Shown here piece after piece: positions 52,485 through 64,000 of a DNA stretch of 64,000 nt. Under the pieces are notes generated by a model that saw only the letters and a list, made by a program, of their open reading frames with translations, was not told the origin of the DNA and did no database searches. The position numbers and the translations under genes are program-made. Source of the stretch: Spizellomyces punctatus DAOM BR117 (taxonomy: Eukaryota); NCBI GenBank assembly GCA_000182565.2, contig KQ257450.1; one strand, 5' to 3'. Numbering within the stretch: the stretch's first letter is position 1; every line of letters begins with the position of its first letter.

Positions 52485-52631
52485 TGGATATATGTCATTT
52501 CCAAATAGGAATTTCAGTTTGCTGTTACCATCATGTGAACACAGGAATACAGAAATGTATCTTGTAAGGTTGTCTCATCCTTATATGGTACAATACACGC
52601 TGTAGTGCGCATTGGTTGCCTAACGTGTTGT

Positions 52632-53856
52632 TCATTTACCCTTTTCTTCCATTTGGATCGTCGGTAAGTTTTCGTCTTGAGTTTCCTCTTCCTTTGGGGG
52701 CTCCGGGATGTCTCCACAGCATTCTGGGCACCGCTTCGCTTTGAGTGGGATGTCTGTGTCCGTCAATAATTGACATGAGACATGTATAATGAATCGCAAA
52801 AGTGATCTTGAACTTTGATTACCTTTGGTACACAGGGGACAAGGCTTCGTTGAAGGAGGCTTTGGTGGGTCAGCGCGGCGAAACGCTCTCGCATACGCTA
52901 ATGTGAGGGCGTTAGCACGATATTGTTACCATGGCTTAAAATTCTATGGGCCGCACAACTTACTCTTCACGATGAAAAAAACTGCATATATCAATTGTAA
53001 GTGCACGTGCAAAGATAACGATTAAATACTGTAGAGGTCATTGATGGCATGTCTCACCTGCTACTGCAATGATCAAAAAGTTGATAATCACTTGGATGAA
53101 GTTCCCCCTACCTATGTGCGTCAGTGTTCTGGAGCCTCGTTTGGTGTATTAGTGACTGTCATATACCAGTTCCTGCAGAAGGCGCGGTTAGTTTACGGGT
53201 GTACTGTTTGGTGAGCACAAGAGTCTTACCATGTTACAGCTCCCGCGTTTTTGGCTTCACAACGATAAACGGGCCAGATATTATCAGTGCTATTCGTATT
53301 TTACAAAGAATTCTCTGCTGTCATTGTCCTACCGTCTGTTGGTGTAATGTACATTGTCTTATTACATGGTAGGGTCACGCCATTATGCCGGGGGCATCTT
53401 AAAAGTACAAACTGATTTGAGAGTTGAGTGGGTGTACCCAGGCTGATGAACGGGAGGAATATGTCGTTTACGAGGGAGTTGACGACGGAAGTAAATGCAG
53501 TTCCCATAACTATGCCCACCTAGAATAAAACGATCGTAATATTAATATCAATCAAGATCTGACCGCAACATTTGTTTACGATCAGGACATACCGCCATGT
53601 CAACGACATTTCCTCGATTCAGAAACTTTTTAAAGTTCGTCCACACCCCTTTGGCCGCCTTTGTACCCTTGTTTGTTTCATTTTTGAGCTCTTGAGCGAG
53701 ATCTTTTAGGATAGATTGGTCACCACTAGTGGCATGCGCAGGTTCAGGTGTGATCTGATTAGACTTTTGCTGTTGATTCTTATTATGCAAAAAAGGAAAA
53801 TGTCGTCGTGGTGGAGCGCCCGATTCAATATCTGGTGGTGGCTCTGAAGAGGTCAT
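52632..53856 (-). CDS. mscL: Large-conductance mechanosensitive channel MscL with C-terminal CxxC...CxxC zinc ribbon
   Basis: FKKFLNRGNVVDMA|VGIVMGTAFTSVVNSLVNDIFLP, WNWGNFIQVIINFLIIAVAVFFIVK, TKPCPLC...IPLKAKRCPEC; 7 introns. Confidence 0.9.
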
Positions 53857-54309
53857 TCTGCTTGGTATTGCTGGTACACTTTATAGGAGAGATATTCTAC
53901 GAATCGTAACCCAGTTCTCGCCGTGGATCTAAACTTGTTACGTAAGCATTAAAAGATGGAACCAGACGGGCTATCAGAAGCCGGAATAGAGTTCATCTGT
54001 CCAGGAGAAGCCGCATAGAGTCGGTGGTAAGTAATCCTTCCACTGTAACTGGTCGAAGGTAAGGATAGACATGTCGGAATGAATTACCTAAGCATGTGCT
54101 AATCGACTCGTTTCGGATTCTTGTCTCAGGTCCCGAAGCGCGACGGTGCGGGTGGGTCAGGTGAAGCAAGATGCCTTCACTCTTGCGACCCGAGCTGTCC
54201 TGTATATAACGACGTCGTTCTTCCCTCTACCCCCACTCTGAAAGAACAAAGAAGAGTTAACGAGAATAGAAATACAAAGAAAAAGAAGGTCGAAATCACC
54301 GCAAAGGAT

Positions 54310-55773
54310 ATGCTACAAGTTGAAGAGACTCTAGACTATCGGCGAGGAGATCCTTTTGCCGACACTGCCGACCTTGCTTCAAACATAGAGGCTCTGCATC
54401 TATACGATTATAAAGCGATATGTCCTGTGAAGGAGCTACATGCTCGGGTCCCGGAGGAAACTGGGGCCGTCGAAGAGGTTGACGAAACAGATTCCATAGG
54501 GGACCTCGAGTGGATGGAAGCAGTTGCAAACCCGTCTCGATGGCTACAGGGTAGACCAGCCTTTTACTATCCGACGGACCCGCGATTGCCTTGGCACTTC
54601 AGTTGGATAGACGACGGCATGATAGGAGGCATGAGCGCTCCTGTAAGTTTTGTCGTTGCTGAAGGATACATGGCACAGTTTGGATTGACCTACGCATTTC
54701 TATGACAGGGCGAGCGCTTTCATTACCCAGCTCTAGTCGACGCCGGAGTTGGTCTGATTGTGAACTTAACAGAAGCGCCGATTTCACCTCGCGGAGGGAG
54801 CGATTTGAGGACATTGTGTCAGCATTGTGAGTTTCAAGTGTCAAAAAAATGTGGGATGGCTACCGGATCTGACTAGATACTTGTGTACGCAGGTGATTAT
54901 ATGCAGGAAATATACTGCGACGATATTTTTGACGATATCAGGCCATCCGATGACCTGCAAGTCCTCTTCCTACCGATGCCTGATGGATCGATTCCAAGCT
55001 ATTCCCAACTTCGCCTCTTTAACACTCATGCTCGTGATTTCATTCGACGGGGTAAAAAGGTCATCGTGCATTGTCAGGCCGGTGTCGGGCGAACAGGCAC
55101 GTTTCTCGCCATATATTTACTGGAAAAGTATCGATGCACCCCAGAAGAAGCTTTGGCCCGGTTGCGTTGGGTCAGGCCACAAAGCTTGAGGTTCCATCGC
55201 ACAGATTGGGCGGCGGAACCTTTCAGGGTGTTTGAAAACGAGCAGTATAATCAGAATTTACTGCAAGAGAGGTTTGTTTATAGATATTGGGCTAAGTTTA
55301 TTCAAGGGGATGCAATAGATGAAGGGCTTAATAAGGAGAATGGAAATTCGACGGATAATTCTATTCCTATGGACGAGAAAGAAGATACAGATATAGAGCT
55401 GCAGAGTACTTCATCACCAACCTCCTCTACCGAAGGGTCGAGTAACAGCGACGGAGGTTCTCAGCCGACGACACCAAGTTCCACAGCCGAGAGTGATACC
55501 ACGAGTCCTCTTAGCGATGTTGCAATGGTATTGGGAGCCCTAGTGGACGCTGAGCTTGATGCAAAAATTGCCGCCTTTGAGAGTTATCACCAGTCTCTTT
55601 CGACGATGCAAGAGGGACCTACAGATCCAGCTATAGCCGCCTCTCTTTGTTACCCGTGTCGTGGAGTTTTATCTGTGGGTCCCTTCCCCATCCGAAAAGG
55701 CGGTGTATGGCCATCAGCAGCGGAGGAGTCGGCGTCAGATGACAAGCTTGTTGGTGACTCTAGTACAGTCTAG
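54310..55773 (+). CDS. Dual-specificity protein phosphatase (Cdc14/DUSP23/PTPDC1-like); start codon uncertain
   Basis: HFSWIDDGMIGGMSAP, VNLTE, LPMPDGSIP (acid loop), catalytic VHCQAGVGRTG; frame is open from the acceptor at 54130. Confidence 0.85.
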
Positions 55774-56233
55774 TTTACTTCTAGTCACGGCGAGGGTTGA
55801 TAATTGATAGAACTGAACTTGGGAGGGGAGCTGCTGAGAGCGCGGAAAATGTTGAGCGTAGTCTGTAGATGAATGAGGGAAGCTGTTGGACAAGTGGTCA
55901 ACACTGGCGGCGGTCTCTTTGTTCAGAAATATTGTATATAGTTCATTGATATGTAGAATTAGCAGCACAACAAAACATGTATGTTTATATATCCCATTGT
56001 TACCATCGACTATCGCCTTGGAAAGTCTAGTAATACGTGTGCTCCACGTACGCCTACTGGCATTAGCCGAATCCTTTGATGCGTCTTGTCTTGTTTAGTC
56101 CTTGCCGGCTTTGTTCGTTTTCCAAAGCGGCTCACCTAGTACGAGATAATCTATTCTATGATTCTGTCAAATGTACATCGTGAACATGAACATAACCACA
56201 GTCCAATTGTGTTTATCGTCCTACTCAAAGAGC

Positions 56234-57855
56234 TTATACAATGCCAACCACGTAAGCTGCAAGACGGTACACATTTTAATACTGCGTCTGATCATGGGGA
56301 ACATAACAGCGTTAATGCTCATTCTGAACGTACCATTCCATGACTGCAACTGCTCGAGTGTACCGTCTACTCTCTCATACGAATACGCGCCCTCCGTCCC
56401 AGATCCACGGCGGGTTGATGAGCGCTTGTTAGTATGTCTATGCCTAGGTTCCTCATCACTAATGTCGCTATCATGATTTTCTTCCTGTTCATCGGTCCCC
56501 TCGTCATCTGTAGCAAGACTATCTTTGCTAGCATCGGCCCTCGCTTCTTTCTCTTCTGTACTCGCCGCAATCCAAACGTGAGTGGATCGGAACCCAGCCT
56601 CCATCATGGCCTCGCGAATCTCTATGATGGTGTATGCGCGAAAATCATACGTCCAAGCATTCTTCAGCCATGAGCCTGAGCATGGTAGCAGTTAGATGAG
56701 AGAGCTTTCAGATGTGGGTAGGTATTGCGGCACTCCTACCATCGTCAAACCGAAAATGGAGATGCACTTTGGAAGTATTTGTTAGAGCATCATAAGGCTT
56801 TTGCTCGAAGTAATACTGCCAGATTAGGAAACCAAGTCATAAACAAAGTACATAAATCACTGCATTCGTTGGCCAAAGCCCTGCAAAAAAACGCATACCG
56901 TGAAATCACTGTATCTTCGTTCGAATAACCGTCCACCGGTCGAACTGACTGTTGCCCCACCGAACAAGTCAACAATCAGCGTACCGCCGTCAGCCAGTCC
57001 CTCTCGGCAATTGCGTAAATAAACCATTAGATCGGGGCGCTTCTTGAAGTAATTGACGCCGTAATTTAATCCAGCAATGATATCCACTTTCGGTACGCCA
57101 AGGGTATTTCGATCGGATAATACATTCCCCACCACAACTTTTACACGCTCACTTTCCGGGCCTCCATCCAAGCCCAATGTTCTCTCCTTTGCATATTTGA
57201 TAACATTGGGATCCAAGTCAACTCCCCAGGCTTCATGTTCAACACTGCCTTTGCACCATTCCCGGCATAGAATAGCAGTTCCGCAAAAATCTTCTCGAAG
57301 AATGGTTGGACGATGTCGAGGGGCTGTACTCTCGGATCGGAGCTCGGAGTACAGGTTCACTTTAAAGGAGGTAAGCGATACGAGCAGGTTTATTCAGATA
57401 TTCGCAGTCTCAATGCTTACCGAGATTGTGAACTTCGGCAGATGGTAACTGCACAGCTTCCATCTAGACACAATACAATTCGATTAGTAGATGCAACCAG
57501 CGTTAAATGTGGTAGTAAAAATACGTCCTGGCACACTTACATAACATCGGTGACGGTCAACTGTCTCGGCAATGGGAGTTTGCCCAGCAGCGCGAGCACG
57601 AGCAAGGCGCTTGCGGTCAGCTTGTTCCAGCTCATCCACAGTCAGCCTCGAGGAGGGGGAAGATTCATTACGGACTCGAGGGGAGGAATGGTGCGACGCT
57701 CTGCGGGACGAGCTGGGAGGGGTATCGTAATCCAATGACAAAGACTCAAAGTCTTCAGACAGGTTCGTCTTCAACCAGTGGCTTCGCCCGGTAGCTTCTC
57801 CATTAGTATCTCTCCGTCTTGATTTACCATGCTTGCCTTTTTGCTTCCCTCCCAT
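56234..57855 (-). CDS. Class I SAM-dependent methyltransferase (LREDFCGTA family)
   Basis: DRHRCYMEAVQ, LREDFCGTAILCREW, GVDLDP, DIIAGLNY, GGTLIVDLFGG, terminal SWNAYVVGIV*. Confidence 0.85.
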
Positions 57856-58800
57856 TTCTGCAAATGGACTTTCATCAGATGGAGTCTGGATGATCTTACC
57901 AGAATGAAATGAATATACCAGCCACACATCCATGGCAACCCCCTGGAACGCCAAACTAAGCACTGATCACCTATTGGAATTTGATGACAGCAGCCAATAT
58001 TCGTTGGCTCATGCTTATTGTGAATGATAAATAAAGCTCAAGATGGTCAGAAATAAAATAAATGGCCCTGGAAATGATGAGCTTCCGGATTGTTTAGTCC
58101 AATCGTCAAGATCCTGCATCTGCACCAACTACCTAATCGGCGTTGGCCCACAGCCAGGTTGATCCCATCAGATGGTACGGTCTTCCTGTAGGATAACAAA
58201 GATCATGACAAGTATCTTCTCCGCTGACCTTCAAGACGTTCATCCTCGTCTTGTCGCATGTTGATTTCATAGCGCCGAAAATCCTCCCAACGACACAGAA
58301 ATTCCGTCCCCTGGCAGGAAAGTAAGTCCGTCAGCACGTTACGGCGGATCACCCATAATGCAACGCTTGAAATGCCCGCCTCCAAAGTGTGGGAAACAAG
58401 GCCCCCAGTGTGGAATCCTAAAAAAGAATGGTGGTATCGGACCACTGTAGCTATTTCTTATATGGGATCCATTTACCCATCTCCACAAATATACACCACC
58501 AACGCAGAAGGGAAAGGCTCATTTGAAGTAGGAATATTAGCACCAGAAATCAAGGCAGAGCAGCTGCTCCTGCCTAGTGTCGTTGCTGTCAGTAACCCGG
58601 CCGGTTAAGATAACAAGCTTTGTAGTGATTTCTAGGAAGCTGGTCGGCCATTGAAGGCATGGAACACATTTCGCAGGACGGATGGGATCCCCGCAAAGAT
58701 GGGTGCAGCTAAGCCACCAAGATGTGCATATTCACGTGTTCAAACTGAACGACAAAAGACCGACGATGACCCAGGTGGTCTGCATTCAATCATCGCCGAC

Positions 58801-59269
58801 ATGGTTGCCAACCCTGACGTTGTATCTGCCGAGGAGGTGCTATCGAGAAAGGTTTGCTCATCAAGTAACATGATTCAGAAAGTTACTTGTGTAAAATGAG
58901 CCTGACCACCTTTCTATTAGTATGACCAGTGCTTGTCGAATGCGGTTGTGAAGGCGGGCATGGGGATCAGTGTTGGTGTTGGTTTGTCTTTCTTATTTTT
59001 CAAACGTAAGTGACTACGTGGTGCGGTTATGGTCGCTGGGAAAGACCCTCATTTGCGCTTTAAGGGAAAATGTGGCCCATAGCAATGTCAACTGGTTTCG
59101 GCTTGGGTGTTGCATATGAACAGTGTGCAAGGTAAATAATATCCTTACTTCATGCTATTTGGATGCATTCGAATCTAATTGCGATTATGGACCCTTTAGG
59201 AGCTTCAATCCACGCCGTGAGTTAGGTCAAGAATTGCGAAAAGCATCCGACCTCGCTGGCAAGCCATAA
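58801..59269 (+). CDS. MIC10: MICOS complex subunit Mic10
   Basis: Spliced SAEEVLSRK|YDQCLSNAVVKAGMGISVGVGLSFLFFKR|KMWPIAMSTGFGLGVAYEQC. Confidence 0.92.
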
Positions 59270-59519
59270 TGATGACATGACAGCCTGTAGCACTAGTTGG
59301 CGATAGTATTTGTATCAAGGCCTGACGATTGTGGGCACTTTTCCTGGTATCGATTATATCCAAAACCTCAGCATCTTTATGAAAATCAAGAGAATACTAG
59401 CTTACGTTTGACATTTTGTGCGAACCGAACCAAGGGACGGTTTCCCCCAACCCTAACCTCCGGGACACATACGACAGCTCGCCCATACTTTACACTATCA
59501 CTTCCCAGCTGTAACTCAT

Positions 59520-61542
59520 CTAATCCTCTTTCTCGACAGCTATATTTCCACCTCTCATCAGAGCTCCCCGAACTCTTTCAAACACTCTTTCCATTCCAGG
59601 CACAATACCGTTCACGTCTTCGCTTTCAACACCCTCGGCATCGACTGCTTGCACAATTGCTACTCCCTCGCGCCCCATTGCAGCTCTTCCCTGTCTGCTG
59701 ACTGTTCTCCCTCCTCCATAAGCAGCTGACAACTCTGATTGGGCGGATGGGTACGTTTGCAGCCGGTTTTGAACTGCGGACGGGGTATCTATAGGCCGAA
59801 TCGGCCACGTAGTAGGATCAGTAGACGGATAGTGAAGCGGATTTGTGACTTCTGGATGTGGGGTCGTGGCAAGATTGATCATTCGATTCGTAAGGGGGTC
59901 ATATCGACGTTGTGTGAGCCGCGTATAACAGGTCTCCGGAGATACTCGTAGCAGGAGGACCCTATTGTACGAAGGACTTAGTGTGTGTTCGATGGCTATG
60001 GTAGATGCCTAGCAGAGGTCCGCAATATCATGTCTGATGCCCACTTGCAGTTAGCAACACATACCGATTAGGTAGGATGCCTTTCTCCGCTAAAGCGTCA
60101 GCTTGTGCCTTTGTTCGCGGATATCCATCCAAAACCCATCCTCGGTCTACGCAATCCTGACGCTTCAAGCGATTGGCAATCAGTTGGAGAATTTGATCAT
60201 CGGGTGCTGTATATAGACCACAAAAAGACAACCTAATCAGCAAGTTGGCGCAAAATGGCATGAAAGGCATATCTACCGTCATCGGGGTTGTTGGCATAAT
60301 TGGCCAACTCCTTCCCTATTCCCGTGCCAAGAGACAATTCTTCCAGGATTACGGTGCGGGGAGACACTGTGGTTGCAGACATATAAGGCATGCCCGGCGT
60401 AAATTCAATACACACAAAATGATATACCGCAAACCACAGCGAATTCTTTCTCTATCATGCGGGCCACACTGGTTTTGCCGCTCCCAGGAAGTCCACCTAC
60501 TATTACTTTCATCATTCTCGGGGCCCTCGTTACTCGTCCTTTTCCAACCTCGGAAATAACTTCCTTTAGTGCTTCTTCCTCATGGCCGATGATCCCATCA
60601 GGAAGGACGAGCTTTCGAAGGCACTCCTTATCAAAGGAGCTGTATATGCCGAAGAGGTGACGCCGATACTGATTCAAGCGTGTGCGCACAGCGGCTTCAG
60701 TATCGGTGGACCGCTGTATCAATCGAGAAAGGATTGTAGGGTTCTGAGGAGGAGGATCTAGCGTGAGATGATACATTCGATTGGTAATTGGGTCAATGCG
60801 AGTTTGCGTCAAGCGGCTGACGATAGTTTCGTCTGGGATGTCAAATACAACTGCGAGAAATGGATGTGAAGAGAGTGTCGAGGTTGCGGAATTCACCGCT
60901 TTGGATGCCCGTCGAACTCTACTTACCGACTCGCTCTGGCAAAATTCCTCTGCTAATTAATCCCTTTGCTTGTTCCTTTGTCCTCGGGAAGCCTTCTAAA
61001 ACAAATCCGCGCATCCCAACTTCGGGATCTTGCAAGCGCGCGGTGACAAGTCCCAGCATAACATTATCTGGCACATACTCTCCACGCTCGAGGTATGGAC
61101 GAGCCTGCGTCCCTAAGCTGGTTTGTCGTTCAATTGCAGTAGCTAGGAGCCGACCGGCAGATATATGTACTGCGTCAAGATGGAGGGCAAGTTGCTCAGC
61201 CTTTAATACCAGATAATGAGTTAAGCTACCCGAAATGTCCATTTTTTATCGTCAATTGTTGGCCTTACAATTTTTGCCTGCCCCGAAGACGGGGGTCCGA
61301 TGACAGCAATTCCTTGTGCTGGTGCAGGCATTCAAATATATTAGCGTTGAATGATATGCAGGCAAGCTTCGCAAGTACTCACCGGTAGGCTTCTGCAGCT
61401 GCTCAATTAGAAACTGAATGACATCATCCGGCCGGTCCATTACCATCCGGGATGTGATACTTTGGAAGAGATCAAAAAGCTCATGCTTGTCTGCATAGCT
61501 TGCGAGGGATGCAGCTCGATCTTTTGGTAAAAGTTCGTTCAT
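59520..61542 (-). CDS. AK8: Adenylate kinase 8-like (RIIa/Dpy-30-like docking domain + two AK domains), axonemal
   Basis: YADKHELFDLFQSITSRMVMDRPDDVIQFL; GFVLEGFPRTKEQA; lid RIDPITNRMYH; second domain GLPGSGKT and GWVLDGYPRTKAQA. Confidence 0.88.
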
Positions 61543-61712
61543 TTCCAACAACTATGTATTCCCAGTATATTCCAGCCAGAGCGGTGATCTGTGTTGTGTG
61601 CACGCAGATCGCTTACCTAAGGCAGACACGTCCCGCCAGCAGTTGCTGATCATCGAAAATAAGCCAGTACACACGAGCAATTTCTGATATCTTGCAACAG
61701 ATTTACTCCAAT

Positions 61713-64000
61713 ATGAAGCTCAAGATCCATCAAGATAAATCAAATAAGCGTAATTGTTGATTAATTCTAAACATTTTCGAGAACACTTAAATAACTTCCG
61801 TTTCCGATATTGTAGATGCTGACATTGTTACATCAGTCGGCTGGACAAGTAATAATGAGCTTTATTCCTTTGGGTAAATAATGAGAATGTGTGCCGTAAA
61901 TATTCGATACTCTCTCGGACGTGAGTCTCATTGAGATCCTTGAATAGGGACGATCAAAAGATCTTTCGATGGTCTGGGGACGGGGATAGTCTCGGACAAG
62001 TGACAACAACTTTGTTCGATGCCGGACAGTCAGGGGTGGATGTTTACATAACGGAAATGCACTGGTTCCCAGTACCACCTGGAAAAGGAGGACAGACCGC
62101 GGCTGAGGTTTTTGCAGCGGGTGCGACGGATGGTAGGGCATTTGGAACGGTGCACCAGACTCAGTTGGTTGTCCTTCCATCAACGCCACTCATCACTTGG
62201 CTCCTTTCAGGAAAGTACTACCTGTGTACCAAAGCGGGTAGGGTAGAGAAAGTAGTGGAAGCGCACAAAGGCGCCCTATTATGTTTGCGATGGAACAATG
62301 AAGGGTCCGCACTGATTACTGGTACGAAGCCTTGAAGGATTTTGAGTGCAGGCCGAATTACAGATCTTTATTCATGTTCACATCGGCTCAGCGGGAGAAG
62401 ATGGACACGTGAAGATATGGTCCAGGAGCGGCATGCTGCGATCTGTCCTAGTGCAGATTGGTATGTATGGTCCCCTTTCGAAGAACTGTTCTCTGCAATG
62501 GCTAAGAATGTACTGGCAGGTTATCCAATTTATTCCCTTTCATGGTCGCCCGACAATGACCAAGTACTTTTTACAAACGGACGGAACCTTATAATAAAAT
62601 CTCTGCAGCCTGCGAGTAAGCCAAATCAGGTCCGTTTCTCGAACCATGAGTGATCGCCTTGAATTACAATGTATTGATAGAACTTTATAAGAACAGTGGA
62701 AAGGACACGATGGAATTATCCTTAAAGTCGACTGGAACTTGGTAAATGGGCTCATTCTCTCCGCTGGTGAAGACAGAAAATACAAGGTAAAGAAGACAAT
62801 AGCTTGTGCACATCTGTTTCCGTCAGTGGCTTAGACAAATACTAGGTCTGGGACAGCTTCGGCAGACAATTGTATTCGAGCAATCCTCATGATCACCCCA
62901 TTACATCCATTTCGTGGAATCCGAGTGGAGACCTGTTTGCGGTGGGATCATATAACTCGCTACGAGTTTGTGACAAGCTAGGGGTGAGTATGCGTGAGCG
63001 TCCTGCCTTGGAATTCCATCAATTGTCTGCCTTTCCGCTTAGGCTTGTATACCATTACCATAACAGTGGTCTGTTGCGATGGAGAAACTGAATAGTGGAT
63101 CCATCTTTAACATCTCTTGGACTCCCGACGGCACGCAAATGGCTTGTGCTGGAGGTTCTGGTGCAGTGGTGTTTGCACATGTAATAAACAGGTAAGAAGC
63201 AGGAAAGTTGGTCTTGCTGTAGACCAAAGCAAGCAATCTCAAGATGGGCGTAAGTCGTATGGAATGCTAATCGAGCTCCTAGGCGTTACGAATGGAAAAA
63301 TCATGAAGTAACCCTGTTAGATGACCATACAATACATGTTCATGACGCAGTGAATGGCTCTACAGAGAACCTAGGTATTATGGCTCCGTGATATGCACAA
63401 CTGGACGGCGTGGTTGCTAAACATGTAGTTGTCAATCTTGCGAGAAGATTTCCGCGACCGTGTCGTGAAAGTGTCCCTTGGCTTTGGTTATCTCGTTGTT
63501 GCGACATCTTCGCAGTGTCACGTTTACAGTGAACGGAACTGGAACACACCGGCTATTGTAGACTTGACGAACAATGGAAGAGTAACTTGCATACAACAGT
63601 GTCCTGAGTAAGTACGGACCTCACAATCTATATCCTTCGGCTACCAAGACCGCACGACGCTGACATTGTTTGCAGGTATTTTGTTCTGGTAGACACTGTG
63701 ACGGGCATTCAAATATTTTCGTACGAAGGTCGATTGGCTAGCTCCCCGAAGTATGCTGGATTGCGAGCAGAATGCGTGACACCGCAGACGATATCCATTT
63801 CCGGAGACGTGCTCGCGGTCAAGGACAAAGCTGACGAGAAAAGTATGTTCAGACAATGCTCGTATAACTGCATTCCTAACAGCCATTCACTAGCTATATA
63901 TATCTTCGAGAGTGCTTCTGGTCGTCCCCTTGGCAATGGCACCATTAAACACACAGCCGACATTGCGGAAATTGGGCTGAATCAGTGTGCATCTACCGTC
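61713..64000 (+). CDS. IFT80: Intraflagellar transport protein 80 (WD40), 3' part runs off the window
   Basis: [88 protein letters not shown]. Confidence 0.95.

Noticed and set aside
57960-58800. Short ORFs between the methyltransferase and MIC10
   Set aside because: No motifs or consistent splice structure; treated as intergenic.
59269-59325. ATGATGA...CTGA resembling a box C/D snoRNA
   Set aside because: Overlaps the MIC10 stop and 3' UTR, is short, and has no terminal stem or recognisable rRNA guide.

Overview
Gene-dense, intron-rich eukaryotic DNA (mostly 55-90 nt GT-AG introns) from a flagellated fungus, most likely a chytrid: IFT80 and AK8 sit beside fungal-type Mgm1, Rsm25, Sos7 and a Gcn4/CpcA-like bZIP. 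I could splice about 26 protein-coding genes by hand. There is one 100-N assembly gap (32889-32988), and I recognised no tRNA, rRNA, CRISPR or transposon. Highlights: (1) a ~2,600-2,700 aa type I membrane protein with a putative beta-prism lectin head, ~15-17 CSPG (NG2/FRAS1 cadherin-like) repeats and a mucin stalk, resembling animal NG2/CSPG4; (2) a U12-type AT-AC intron in CLP1; (3) a degenerate TTAGGG array plus a 65-bp tandem repeat inside an Rsm25 intron; (4) three AP-1/Gcn4 sites upstream of the Gcn4-like bZIP; (5) an intron-rich MscL with a C-terminal Zn ribbon; (6) a cyclic-nucleotide-binding channel lacking the GYG filter; (7) an animal-type MYSM1 and a possible CLN6-like protein; (8) 3-, 6- and 9-nt microexons; (9) an Sfr1/Mei5 gene with a disrupted last exon followed by an in-frame duplicate of its 3' end. 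All family assignments rest on motif recognition by eye, not database searches.
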